Below are positions 1 to 13,217 of a stretch of 64,000 bases of DNA, one piece after another. A program made the position numbers and the translations under genes. The stretch spans positions 95,356,001 through 95,420,000 of the forward strand of contig OX597824.1 in assembly GCA_951406725.2 (NCBI GenBank), read 5' to 3'. Every line of letters begins with the position of its first letter. Positions within the stretch are counted from its first letter, which is position 1. The notes beneath the pieces are model-generated. The model was not told where the DNA came from. It searched no databases and worked only from the letters and a program-made list of their open reading frames with translations. The DNA comes from Octopus vulgaris (taxonomy: Eukaryota).

Positions 1-1884
1 AAAGGTTTCTATAATAACTTATTAGAAAATGGCAATTTGAAGAGTTTAGCATTTAGGTTTGACCTTTCTATGTATTTAGTAAGAGGCAAATATCTTAAGG
101 AACTGGAATCTTGTATAGGCTGAATGCTGTTTATGAAATATAGTAATTAGAGTAATGATGTGTTTGCCTGCTCATGCTTTATTCAGCTGTTGTTGCCACT
201 GTTAGGCACATTTTTGCAACCATGGGATTTCAAGTTCGGTCCCAGCACCTTGTGTGCAGCACCTTGGCCATGTGTCTTCTATAGCCCAAAGCCAATCTGT
301 GCTTTGTGAGTGAAATTGGTAGATGGAAACTGTGTGGAATCCTACTGTGTGTGTGTGTGTGTGTGTGTGTTGTCCCCTCCACCACTTGACAATAGGTGGT
401 AGTTTCTATGCGTCATCATAAGCATTAGCAGTTCAGCAAAGAGACTGATAAAGTAAGCACCGTGCTTAAAAATAAACACTGGGGTTTAGTTTTGTTTGAC
501 TGAATCCCTTGAAGGTGGTGCCCCAGCATGGCTGCAGTCCAGTGACTGAAACAAGTAAAAGGTAAAAGATCCCTGCAGCAATCTGTGTAATTCTCGACAG
601 AGAATTATGCACAAATAGATCAGTTGGGGAAAAATAGGTTTATTTTCAATAATTGACATTGAAAAATTATGTCATTTGTGAATGCCACTTGAAATGGAAG
701 CTATAATCCTGTGAGAGTGAATTGTTAGAAGGTCTCAGTTCAGTTCTTGGCACAGCGATATGCTTCTTCATAATGAGTGGTTGGCATTAGGAAAAGCATC
801 CAGCTGTAGAAACTCTGCCAGATCAGATTGGAGCCTGGTGCAGCCATCGGGCTCACCAGTCCGCAGTCAAACCATCCAACTCATGCCAGCATGAAAAGCG
901 GACGTTAAACAATGATGATGTTCACTCCCGTCTGTAACAAGGTCACCTTCAGTTATGTGTTCATCTAAATCATCATCATCATCTTTATCATCAGCATCAT
1001 CATCATTTTTATGTCCACTTTTCCATGCCTACATGGATCAGACAAAATTTGTCGAGGCAGTTTTTCAGTGGCTGAATGCCCTTCCTGTTGCCATTCTTCT
1101 CCTGTTTCCCAAGTGAGGTAATATTTCCCCATGATCAGACTTGAAGGACATCACAGGTATAAGGGTAAAACCCATTTATGGCTATCATGGAATGTCATGA
1201 TGAGGAAACAGTAAACACATTCACACAGACTTACATTTACAAATGGGTATATACACATTTACACACACACACATACATGATGGGATTCTTTCAGTTTCTG
1301 TCTACCAAATCCTCTCACAAGGCTTTGATTGATTCAAGGCTATAGTAGAAAGCACTTGCCTAAGGTGTCGTACAGTGGGACTGAACCTAGGACCATATGA
1401 TTGGGCAGTAAACTTCTTATCATGCCTGTGCCTCCATAGATACTTCATTCAAATTCTTGTTCCATTGCAAAGCCTTGTTTAAATTTATATTAGCTAAAAG
1501 AAAATTAGTCAAAGTGTATGTGTGGGAGGTGCAGGACACAGCACTCTTCCAAGCTGAGGCCATTTACAGGAATTCCTTTAGATAAATGTAGTTTGTTGTC
1601 ATCGTCATCATCATCGTCAAAGAAATCAGTGATTTCATAACAGAGTGTTTCTTTGTCAGATATGTTAATTTCCTTGTTTATAGAATTGGTAATAACAAGT
1701 TTATTTTGTAGAACTTAAGAACCTTCAATGAAAGGAGGTAAATGCGCAACAAAGTTGGCAGTGAGGCTCTTTAAACTGTTTCTTGGTACTTAATCTGTTA
1801 CTCTTTGGTAACATTCTGTTTTTAGTATTTGTTGTTTGTTATATTTGGAGATGGTAATTTTGCCAATAAACATACGCATTATAT

Positions 1885-2170
1885 ATGACGTGGCCAATGC
1901 CAGTACCCTCTGATTGGCTCCTGTGCCGGTGGCACGTAAAAAGCACCATCCACATGTGATCGATGCCAAGCCCGCCTGACTGGCTCCTGTGCCGGTGGCA
2001 CGTAAAAACCACCCACTACACTCTTGGAGTGGTTGGTGTTAGGAATGGCATCCAGCTGTAGAAATATTTCCAAATCAGACTGGAGCCTTGTGCAGCCTCC
2101 TGGCTTCCCAGACCCCAGTCAAACCACCCAACCCATGCCAGCATGGAAAACGGACGTTAAACGATGATGT
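1885..2170 (+). mobile_element. RTE-derived 3' end repeat; further copies at about 775-921, 9520-9765, 43240-43580, 47034-47400(-), 48478-48770(-), 59788-59940(-)
   Basis: Shared GG(C/T)(A/G)TTAGGAAGGGCATCCAGCTGTAGAAAC...CATGCCAGCATGGAAAACGGACGTTAAACGATGATG, largely matching the 3' end of the RTE at 56160-56272. Confidence 0.8.
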
Positions 2171-3973
2171 TAATTATTTATTTGATCTTCACTTTATTAT
2201 TATTATTATTATTATTATCATTATTATTAGTTTGTCAGATTTCTTGCATAACACATTCTGTGTGACCTCTTCAATGACTTTCTGTTCCTTGTGTCTCCTT
2301 GTCTCTCTGGTTTTGTCCTCTCTGTTCCATTTCGAAAGACAAAAAATGTGTGATGAAAGAACTATAAATAGTGCATGTGTTTATTGGCAAAACAACCATC
2401 CTCACGTATAACAATATCTGTTTCAACACATGGGTTTCATGTGAAGAATCTTGCAAAACAAACACATAAGTATCTGTTAATTATTTCACACCCATCAAAG
2501 CCATCCTTTGACTTTGTAATAGCTATCAGCAATGGAATTTCGCTCTCAACAGAATTATTTTGAAGTCGTTGACCTAATGCATCATCCTGTATACATAATA
2601 GTTCACCTGCATCCTTTTTGCAACCACTTACATCTATAAGCATCCTGCCCTGACCATCCTTTTCTCTTGGCAACATGAGATCAAAGTGCAGTGGATCATA
2701 ATCTTTATTCATTCAACTAATTTGTTAACAAACTTTGACCATCTTTATATAAAACAATTTCCGTTGTTGGTTTTTTTCTCCTGTCCCATGTCAAATGGTT
2801 GCTATTTGAGAAACAATATGGAATTTGAGGTTGCTTGCCATCTGTTACACGAGATGGTATTGCGATATGCAGATGGTCAAGTAGTCATTCAACAAGCCCC
2901 GTAGAAGTATTTGGCCTCATGCAGATGTTGTTTACAATGTACATTTGATGACTGGTTTGAATGTCTGCAGCATAGATATGAATTTCGATAAAAGATGCTG
3001 TTTGGCCAGTGGCTAGCAGTAGTCACGTAGAAAGAAAGTGACACACACAATCTTGAATTCTCCATGTACATACACCATGTAGCTTTTGTCTCACATGAGG
3101 TGAAACCTGATGGTGTGTAGTAATTGTCGATGCTTTGGCAGAAACCACAGCTGATTCGTGCCAAAGTCGAAACTTTGGATTTCATATATATATACATGGC
3201 GATTTTTTTTTTTCCTCCGTCTTCCCTTCCTTGGACCTTTCCTTTTCCTATGTTTCTGACTAAGAGCTTCTCTCGAAACGTTAAAATCCTCCTTCTTTCT
3301 TTTCTTTCCTGAGCATCCAGTAACACTATACTTGTTCCATGTCCTCGCATTGTTGTGTTTTCATGTCTGGATTAACTATATATATATATATATATATATA
3401 TGAGCTGCTTTTACATTCTTCTCTCTATAGACACGTCTGACTTCCAGAACAAATTGCATTCATATGACAGCTGATGCCTGTCCATTTGCAGAAAATCATC
3501 TTCAGAATATTTTTCCGATTCCTTTAATGCATCATCATCAGCATCATAAAAGTGTAAAAAGCAACAGGAAAATGATGTCACTCCTGCCCTCGCAAAAACA
3601 TCTTCCCTTGCTTCACAATTAAATATGATGTGTATCCTCCTCCTCACCATCATCGTTTTACATCCACATTACACATTGACATGAGGTGGACGTGTCATCA
3701 CATCTGAGTCAATTCTTATTCAGAATTACTGCCTGCTTAAATGCGTCAGAGAACCATATTCTGGTTCTTATATTCCATTTTGGTGAGGTTTTTATTGCTG
3801 GATTTCTCTCCTTCTGTCAGCCACTTTATAGCAGACACAGGGTGCGTTTTATTGTGACATCAGCATGAGAACACTTGTCAAGTGCTCAGCAAAATTAAAG
3901 TGACCCTCTCCGAACTACGTTCTGGTGTATACACTTATTTTAAATAATTGCCAAACCATCGTTATATTACTGA

Positions 3974-4610
3974 CTAGCAGTATCGCCCGGCGTTGCTCGG
4001 GTTTGTAAGGGAAATAACTATATAAGCATTTTTAGAGAGTTATAGCCAAAAAATAGCAAAAAATGCATTAAAAATGGAAAAAATATGATGGTAAATTTTT
4101 TTTTAAATCGTTGACTCATCGTAGACATTTTTAGAGAGTTACTTCCCTTATATAATAGCGAAAAAATGCATTAAAATGGGAAAAAAACGATGGTAAATTT
4201 TTTTTTAAATCGTAGACTCATGTAGACGCTTTCTTAGCCATTTCTGTTTTGGTGTCTTCAAGCCATGAAGTCGTTGTTCTAAAAGAACACTGGTCTCCTT
4301 GACAACGCATTACGACGTTGATTTCCTTACACTCCCTTCCCCACAGGTGCAGGTGTGAGCGTGGACGCCAACTCCGCCGTCATCGACACACGAAAAATTA
4401 TGCATTAAAATGGAATAAAAAATGATGTTAAATTATTTTTAAAATCGTAGACTCATCGTAGACGCGCACTAATATTCAGACGGGCTCGATATGAATTACG
4501 ACTATAAGCTACCCGAATTTGGTTAAACTGCACCGCAAAATGTGGGAGTAGTTAGGAATCTAAATCGAAGGGGACAGACACTCACACAACTACAGTTTTA
4601 TATATATAGA
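3974..4610 (-). mobile_element. Non-autonomous Helitron
   Basis: On the minus strand: 5' TC start, 3' GC-rich hairpin (CCCGAGCAACGCCGGG) followed by CTAG, inserted between A and T. 3' end shared with the 35248 copy. Confidence 0.78.
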
Positions 4611-4619
4611 TATACATAG

Positions 4620-4985
4620 CGCAGTAGTGGTGAGATGTGACAGCAAAGAAAAGCATACATTCACTCTCTGCATGCAATTAGACTCGGAAAGTTCGTGAGG
4701 AACCCATTGACCCAATTTGCTGACTTTTCCGATAGCACACAGGTCTCAATGAATGGTTGAATGACCAAATCCAAGCTTCTCTGCTAGTTCCTCAACAGTT
4801 ACGATGAGATTTTGTTCCACCAGGGTTTTCAGGATGTCCTTGTCGAGTTCTACAGATCTTTCAGGATGAGGCTCGTCTTCTAGGCTGTAGTTTATGGCTC
4901 GGGATTTCTGGAACCACCATTGACACTGCCTTACACTTATTGTCCAATCCCCATATACTGCATTAATATTTCTTGTACTTTGCAC
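4620..4985 (-). mobile_element. Degenerate mariner transposase fragment (HTH region to WVPH)
   Basis: RNINAVYGDWTISVRQCQWWFQK...SLEDEPH...TVEELAEKLGFGHSTIH, then past a stop KLGQWVPH, the mariner WVPHEL motif. Confidence 0.85.
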
Positions 4986-5276
4986 ACATTTATATTCTGT
5001 TATTCTTTTATATGTTTCAGCCTTGAGGTTGTGGCCATGCTGGATCATGTGTGTGTGTGTGTGTCTATCTGTCTGTCTGTCTGTATGTATATATGTATAT
5101 GTATGTGTGTGAACAATAATATTTTCAACAGATGTGTTGCAAATGTATCTGATTGTTCTCAAGCTTCAATACTGTGTGTGTGTGTATGTGTGTGTGTGTA
5201 TGTATGTATGTATATGTATGTATGTATGTATATGTATGTATGTATGTGTGTATGTATGTATGTGTGTGTGTATGTA

Positions 5277-5311
<35 letters not shown>

Positions 5312-5829
5312 ATGTATGAGTGTATGTTTACTTTATTACTAACACAAGCCACTACGGTTATTTAATGTAAAGTCTTCGTCAAATCACTCTCTCTCTCGCT
5401 ATTTACTCTCTTCCAAGAACATTTTCACTCACTCTTAGCTCTTAGCTTCCCATACATTTTACTCATGTATCTATCAGCGTCATAGACAGAATACTTTCAG
5501 TTTAGTCTTCCTCAAATCACTCTGTCGCTATTTACTTTCATTTTATTCGTTGCCCACTGTGTGTGTGCGTTTGCGTGTGGTGTAAACCAGACTAAGAAAA
5601 GCATTTGACACACACACCAAAATGTGAGTTTTCTGTAAATTTTGCTTAATTGGAGTTTAAATTTTAAAAACTGGACCTGGCATGACGCGATGCATTGTAC
5701 TGTTAAAAATGCTAGGTAAATTGTAATTGAAGAAATCCTATATTGTAGATTTGTATAACTCCCAAAGGGAGGCAGATAAAATCTGCCTTTTATAATAAGA
5801 GATAATGAAATTGTGCTTCCTAAGAGTAT

Positions 5830-6420
5830 GGACAAAGCTCTAGACTGCTTCACTTACCTCAGCCGTATGATCCACAGCAGTGTTTGCTGTGACTCTGAAG
5901 TCTTAAAAAGAATTGGATGTGTTGGTGCAGTTGTGGACTCACTGGACAAGGGTGTCTGGTGCTATTAATATTTGAGCTGGAGGACAATAATTCGGGTCTT
6001 CAGGTTTCTGGTCTTTCCTGTCTTGCTCTATAGTTGCAAGATTTGGACACTGTTTGGGGCCTTTAGGAACCACCTGGACTCCTTTGGCACCAGGATGCTT
6101 CACAGGAATGCAGGTCACCTTTGGTTGGATTTTGTGGGGCTGCGTCCTGTTAGTTGCATGGTTTGGAGTTTGTTGTTGACTCAGACTGCTTGGTCGTGAT
6201 GCTTAATTTTTCAAGTGTGATCCTGCATATTGTGTCCTCTTCACTGAAGATCTGGCCTGGGTGATGGCTCACATTGGTCATCCTCATGCCACATGGTCAT
6301 GGTGGATGAGGAAGTGTTTCGCAGAGATGGAGACTCACTGGGAGAATTGCTTGGGACAACCTGAGCAAATGCAGGCAAATGGTAGATGCAGTGCAACTGT
6401 GCATACCCCTATATCTGAGC
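5830..6420 (+). mobile_element. Degenerate RTE-clade LINE ORF2 C-terminal fragment
   Basis: LSWRTIIRVFRFLVFPVLLYSCKIWTL resembles the RTE PVLLYGCETWTL motif; stops and frameshifts present. Confidence 0.75.
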
Positions 6421-6844
6421 TGACTAATACCTGGGTCCTATGCTCTCTCTCTTATTGATGTGATGCACCATTTCTAATTTTGACCTTATGACTCCTTTCC
6501 AGATCAATGAAATAAGGACCAAGGTCGATAAAACCAAGTAAAAATATGTTGAAAGGGGATTCACCTGCATGGCTGCCATCTAATGACTGAAACCCGTGAG
6601 AGAATACATGTATCTAGGACAATAGGTTGGAAGAAATAATAAAATGCCTTGCAGTATTTAAGTTTGAGCCTCTGTGGTCTGAGTAAACAAAACACGTACC
6701 AGTCATAAATTGGAGTTAATTCAATCAATTAAATGCCCCCCTCTACAAATGTGTGGCCTCTTGCCAGTATTATCCATCTTGCTGTTTTATCTCGACTGGA
6801 TATCACTTTCATCAGTTTATATTTTCTCTTGTTTCTATTTTCAG

Positions 6845-7053
6845 GTTGTGAAGATATAATTGTAGAAAGTATTGCTGTAGAAAATTTAAGTTCTATTTTG
6901 ACATGGAGTTCTGAACCCCATGGGTCTCAGTGGGTCCATCGGCAAGCTTTACATTTTTTACGAGAAGAATTTCTTCAGTTGCTACACTCTCCAATTTTCT
7001 GTGAAATGGGAAAAGATTATCTCATTGCTGCCATTTGCTCTGACTTCTTACAG
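6845..7053 (+). CDS. BTBD7: BTBD7-like coding exon (BACK region); upstream exons lie outside the window
   Basis: ttttcAG|GTTGT acceptor and CAG|GTAAAA donor. Translation GCEDIIVESIAVENLSSILTWSSEPHGSQWVHRQALHFLREEF...SDFLQ matches my recollection of vertebrate BTBD7 (GCEDII...WVHRQALHFLCEEF). Confidence 0.93.
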
Positions 7054-7094
7054 GTAAAACCGTTTTCTGTATTTTATTTCAAGTTATAATTTAT

Positions 7095-7348
7095 TATTCT
7101 GTTGTGTCTGGGGAGAGTCATTTTCTTTTTGTGCCTTATAATATAACACACTCAAAACTATTGAAAAGATTGCAAGATGCAACGAAAATTTTAGGAAAAT
7201 AAAAATAAGAAAAAAGTGGAAATTTTACCGGTGAGTGTGTTATATTATAAGGCACAAACAGAAAATGACTCTCCCCAGACACAACAGAATATGCTTCAAC
7301 ACACCAACTTATATAAAGAATCTTGCAAACCAAATCCAAAAACGAAAT
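7095..7348. mobile_element. Penelope-like fold-back remnant, family A, with a U3A8 hammerhead motif
   Basis: Inverted arms 7095-7154 and 7232-7291. Motif CTA-TTGAAAA-G-ATTGC-AAGAT-GCAAC-GAA-AATT-T-TAG at 7158-7193. Second copy at 25117. Confidence 0.7.
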
Positions 7349-7744
7349 ATAATTAATTACATATATTGTTACTACATCTTTAGATTTTTTTTTTCTCTCT
7401 GTCTTGAAATATTGGTTTTGTTTAGACTTCAACATTTTGCTTACCTTGTCTACCACCTGCAACACCTGCAGTCCAGAATGAATATAATATTTGCTCTGAA
7501 CTGTGGGATGTCACTGCTGACACCCATGCTATAAATCTGTCATAGTTTATATTGCGAGCTAAAACAGATATATGATTAAAAAAGGGCATAATTAGGCCAA
7601 TGGCACAAAAGAAAATATGGTGTAAAATGGGTTTGATAGATGAAATGTTAATTATTTGTATGATGTTTAATGTCATTTGGTCATGGTTAGTCCACAATAC
7701 TCTGTAGGAAGCATAAGGTAGGTTTCCTGGTTTTTCTGTCATAT

Positions 7745-8395
7745 ACAGGGTAAGATATTTGAGGACAAATTTATGCTTATAAAAAATAGATATATAATAA
7801 CAGATAACTTTATTTATCAAAAAATGCTATTAGGATAAAAATGATGTTATTCAATGAAGCCACCTTCAGCTTCAACAACTGCTTCTATATGAGATCTAAA
7901 TCAACCACATGCTCGAATCAAGTGGTCCTGGTTCATTTTGGACATTACTCTGACTATGGCATCTTTCAAAGAATCTTTGGTGATATGGACATGTTCATTG
8001 ACCTCTCTCTCAACAATGCTCCACATGTAATAGTCCAATGGATTGAGATCTGGGAAATTAGTAGGCCAAGTATTAGGGGTTATGTGATCATCAAAATTTC
8101 CAGCCATCCATTCCTGTGTTACTAGAGCCATGCATGATAGTGCAGAGACTTACTGAAACATATATGGCCTTCCATTGCATACACTCTCTATCCAGGGCTT
8201 AATTGTTTCCAGGACCTCAATATAGGTGGCAGAATTAACTCAAAGTCCTTGTAGAAAGAAGTAAGGAGGCATCACATGTCCTTCATTGTTGACAACCCCT
8301 AAAACTATGACAGTTTCAGGAAATTTTGTATGCATAACACTTGGAACTTCAGAAGGGTCTGCACATAACCATCTTTCATTTTGATCTTGGTCGAA
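7745..8395 (-). mobile_element. Degenerate Tc1/mariner (DD37D/maT-like) transposon, 3' part
   Basis: KFPETVIVLGVVNNEGHVMPP...WPTNFPDLNPLDYYMWSIVE...AVVEAEGGFIE, with a TA-CAGGGT terminus near 7745. Confidence 0.85.
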
Positions 8396-11300
8396 GTTTT
8401 TCATATAGATGTGTGTGTGTGTGTGCTTTTCTGTTTGTATTGACCCCTTACTGCTTGACAACTGGTGTTGGTTTGTTTACATCCCCATCACTTAGCAGTT
8501 TGGCAGAAGATCCTGATGGAATAAATACTGCAGTGGATTCGTTCAAGTAAAACCTTCCCGTGCATTACCTCGACATGGCAGCAGTCTAATTACTGAAACG
8601 AGTAAAAGATAAATTAATGGGCATTTTACTTTCAATTTATAATCAATTAGAAACGGCTGGAGTAACATTTAGAGACTTTACCATCTGTGTACTGGCTTCA
8701 AAATAAATTACTTTCACTGATAAGGGGCTTTGTTAATGAGCTGGTGTTACATCATCCGGATTGAGTCTAGCAAATGAGCTGAAGATATTTTAAGTTGATA
8801 ACAGTTTTATATTACTAACTATAACTAATTGGATATTAACGAAAAAACAGAAAAATAATCTCTTCTTTTTCTTCATTTTGTTATCTTTTATTAATTTTGT
8901 TAAAAAGAACTACATGAAAATTACAATACTGACAATACTAAAATGGTATACGATGAAACCACATATATCATCGTCATCGTCATCATAATTGAATTTCCAC
9001 TTTTTTCCATGTTTGCATGGGTCAGATGGAATTTGGTGAGGCCGATGCCTTTCCTGTCACCAACCATCAGCTGTTTTGAAACAAGATAGTCTTCTCCCAT
9101 AGGGAGATATTTCTTTCATGGAAGGCTGGAAAACAACGACTTCGTTTGTATGACGATGATGCTCATTTATGAACATCATGTGTAGACAAGGACACACAGA
9201 CATGATAGGCATCTTTCAATTTCTGTCTATCATATCCACTCACAAGGCTTTGGCTGGCCCAGGGTTTTAGTGAAAGACACTTGTTCAAGTGAGTCTGAAT
9301 CCAAGACATGATTCAGAGCATCTCAACCACACAACCAAACCTACACCTGTATGTCCTAGTATATGTGTGCTTCAAAATCGTACAGGTATTAATCTTTTAC
9401 TTGTTTTAGTCACTTGAGGTTGACTTTGCCTTTCATCCTTTCGGGGTCGATAAATTCAGTACCAGTGAAATACTGGGGATCGATGTGATCAATTTAACCC
9501 CTTTGTCTGTTCTTGTTTGTATAAGCACCATCCAAATGTGGTCAATGCCAGTGCCGCCTGACCCCCCCCCCATCCCCCGTGCTGGTGGCACATAAAAAGC
9601 ACCCACTATACTCTCAGAGTGGTTGGCATTAGGAAGAGCATCCGGCTGTAGAAACCTTGTCAGATCAGATTGGAGCCTGGCACAGCCTACTGGCTTGCTA
9701 CTCCCCAGTCAAACCGACCCACCCATGCCAGCATGGAAAACGGATGTTAAACAATGATGATGGTGAGTGAATCCTGCCATAATAAACATTGTATTTTATC
9801 CCTGTAGAGTTAATAAAATATTTACCAAAGAAATTGTTGTTTATTCAGAAAAATAACCTGTGATATTATAATGAAGTGAGTTAGAATCAAAATTAAGTTA
9901 TAAGAATAAAAAAACCTGAAACTTAAGTTACATTAAATGGACTGCTTTTTAAGTGTTGACTTTAATGTTAGTCTTTTTAACATAATCACAGTCTATTTAT
10001 GAAGAAATTGGATATGAATATGTATGACTGATAATAACTAGGTGAACAAGTTTACTGGCTGGGTCGGTTAATTCAAAGGTGTATAAAGTTTTTAAGATAA
10101 GCCATGTTTGGCTTTGGTTTACTTTGACTGAAAGTGACTGGATAAAAATGGATCAGTTGAGCAGCCTTTTGGAAAAAAAGAACATGTTACTGGCTTTTAT
10201 ATTAACAATTGTATGTATGTATGTATGGTACAGGCATGGCTATGTGGTTGAGAAATTTAGTTTCCAACCACAGGATTTTGGGTTCAGTCCCACTGTGTGG
10301 CACCTTGGGCAAGTGCCTTCTGGTACAGCTCTGCGTCTTGTGGATGGATTTGGTAGTCAGAAACCGAAACAAGTCCATATGTGTGTCCCCTTTCTCCCCC
10401 ACTCTTTGACAATGGGTGTTGGTTTGTTTTCATCCCCATAACTAGTCAATTTGTTGAGCAAAACCCTCTCACTCTTTCTTCCTGTTTCTTTTGTACCTGT
10501 ATTTCAAAGGGCCGGCCTTGTCACACTCTGGGTCACACTGAATCTCCCTGAGAGCTACGTTAAGGATACTCATGTCTGTGGATTGCTCAGTCACTTGCAC
10601 GTTAATTTCACGAGCAGGCTGTTCCGTTAATCGTATCAGCTGGGACCCTCGTCTTCATAACTGACGGAGTGCTCCTATGTATTGTATGTATGTATCTGTG
10701 TGTGTGTTACTGTCTCCTCCTTGTGATAGTTGTCAATGAGTGTCACAATCATGCAAGTGGTGTCTTTTGTTTCCAGTCTTCTGTGGCAACATTCCTGATC
10801 ATAGAAAAATATTACCTCACTTGGAAACAGGTGAAGGTTGGTGACAGCAAGGGCATTTCAGTTGTAGAAAATTCACCTCAATAAATTCTCACTGACCGAT
10901 GTGAGCATAGAAAAATGGACATTAAAATTCATCTCAATAAATTCTCACTGACTGATGTAAGCATAGGAAAATGGACATTAAAATTCACCTCGATAAATTC
11001 TATCTGACCGATGCGAGCATAGAAAAATGGACATTAAAAGCAATGATCACAAGTCTGAAGTTCTGCAATTCTGTGAGCAAGGATCCATCTGAACCCCCTC
11101 ATTCATCGCACATCACCAGAATAAATAATCAGATTAGCTACAAAACCAGGGAGTGACCTAGATGTCACATGGTGAACCGACTGACTGGGCACTTGATATA
11201 ATAATTGGATTCATGTTTTTGAGTGCTGTCTTATGATAAAGAACGAGAAAAGGGGGTGAGAGAGAGAGAGAGAGACTGATGTCCCCTCTGAAGAGCAATG

Positions 11301-12974
11301 TATCTCTCATCTGCTTGTTGCTGTCAAATTAGGGGTAATGGAGCAGGGGGTGTATGGTGGTGGTGATTAATGATTTGCTCTTCAAGCACAAATCTTGACT
11401 GAGTTTGAGTTTTAGAACAATATTTTTAAACTGCTTCCTTTACAGTTTTGTACGGGTTTTATTGTTTTATTAACCTGAATGCTTTTCTTTTATACCTTTT
11501 AAAAAAATTTCTTTGTTAATGTTTTTTTTAAAGTTTAAACACACACACACACACACGCACACACACACACACACACACACACTGTTAAAGAAACTAACTT
11601 CCTGGCATTCTGTGTAGAAGGACCACTGTTCACTATTAAATCCACACCATTCACAACTTCTACATTAATTTTCCCTTCCTTCCGACCTATTTTCTACCCA
11701 CTGCACTTGAAGACCTGCTTTCTTCAATTCTGTATAAACATTTCCTCCTTGTGAACTATCTGTGTCTATTTCTATATTTCTACACTAATCTTTCTTTGTT
11801 CTATTACTAATCTACATTCTGAAAAAAATACATTGTCCCCCCCCCCCCGCCACTTTCTTTATCTCCCTTACATTTCACTTACTTTGTTATTAATCCAGTA
11901 ACTTTAATGAAAACTATTTTTAGAACAAAATATTAAGATCTCTTGACAAAATTACAGTTTTTGCAGAGTAAGGGATATTTCCCCCTTCAGTGCATGATGG
12001 CTATTTAGTCTCTCAACTTGACTCAATGGAGTGTTTTACACACAAAGACTTAATTTAAATAACATTTAGCATGCAAACTTCATATATTCATATTATTCAG
12101 TTGATAAATAAATAAATACAGTTTGAAATGTCATTCACCTCATTAAAATGTCTCACATTCACTTATCTGGAAATACTTGTAGGCTTTCATACATATTTGT
12201 GCACCTTGCCTGTGTTTTTCACATTCAGTTTGAGACATTTGTGTGTGTTTGTAAATGCATACATTACTTCTGCATTTCGCTTACTCTTTTACCCTTTTAC
12301 TTGTTTCAGTCATTTGACTGCGGCCATGCTGGAGCACCACCTTTAGTCGAGCAAATCAACCCCGGGACTTATTCTTTGTAAGCCCAGTACTTATTCTATC
12401 GGTCTCTTTTGCCGAATCGCTAAGTTACGGGGACGTAAACACACCAGCATCAGTTGTCAAGCAATGCTAGGGAGACAAACACAGACACACAAACACACAC
12501 ACACACACATGCATATATATACATATATACGACAGGCTTCTTTCAGTTTCCGTCTACCAAATCCACTCACAAGGCATTGGTCGGCCCGGGGCTATAGCAG
12601 AAGACACTTGCCCAAGATGCCACGCAGTGGGACTGAACCCGGAACCATGTGGTTGGATAGCAAGCTACTTACCACACAGCCACTCCTGCGCTTATTTAAT
12701 TTCTGCATTTATTTTGAAAACTCATATGGACACAAGCATAGCTTTGTTTGTTGATAAGCTGCCTTCCCAACCATGTGATCTTGGGCTCAATCTCACTGCA
12801 CAGCACCACCTTAGTCCCCAGGCTGACCAAAGCCTTGTGAGCGGATTTGGTAGACGGGAACTGCGTGAAAACCCATTGTGTGTGTGTTTATGTGTACCCT
12901 AGTCTAGATATCATGTGATGGCTGTAAATGAGCATCATTGTCAACCAAGCGAGGTTGTTTGTTTCCAGTTTTCC

Positions 12975-13217
12975 TTCAGGGTTGGCGAAAGCGATGTGGT
13001 GGACAATGAAAACCCTGGCTGATGACAGTCAAGGCTGATCTGGAACCCAACCTAGGCCCCCATATCTATGGCGTTCACCGGAGGGGTTGGAGATCACGCA
13101 GGCGTTAACCTCAAATCGCCAGGCCTGGTCGGCATTTGTGAGAGATGCAGCATTGAGGATGAATGAAGCCAGCTCAACCCACCCCGGGTGAATGCTGTCT
13201 CAAGTCAAGTCAAGTCA
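12975..13217 (+). mobile_element. RTE LINE 3' end with a (CAAGT)n tail
   Basis: GWRKRCGGQ*KPWLMTVKADLEP...RQAWSAFVRDA...STHPG* followed by CAAGTCAAGTCAAGTCA. Confidence 0.72.

Noticed and set aside
4920-5365. ORFs rich in CVCVYVCM / HTHTYI (also near 27427-27994, 49021-49271, 50672-51135)
   Set aside because: These are translations of (TG)n/(TA)n/(TATG)n microsatellites, not genes.
12464-12754. Recurrent ORF 'RQASFSFRLPNPLTRLWSARGYSRRHLPK' seen at several loci
   Set aside because: It is the antisense reading of the high-copy SINE; the recurrence reflects the repeat, not a protein family.
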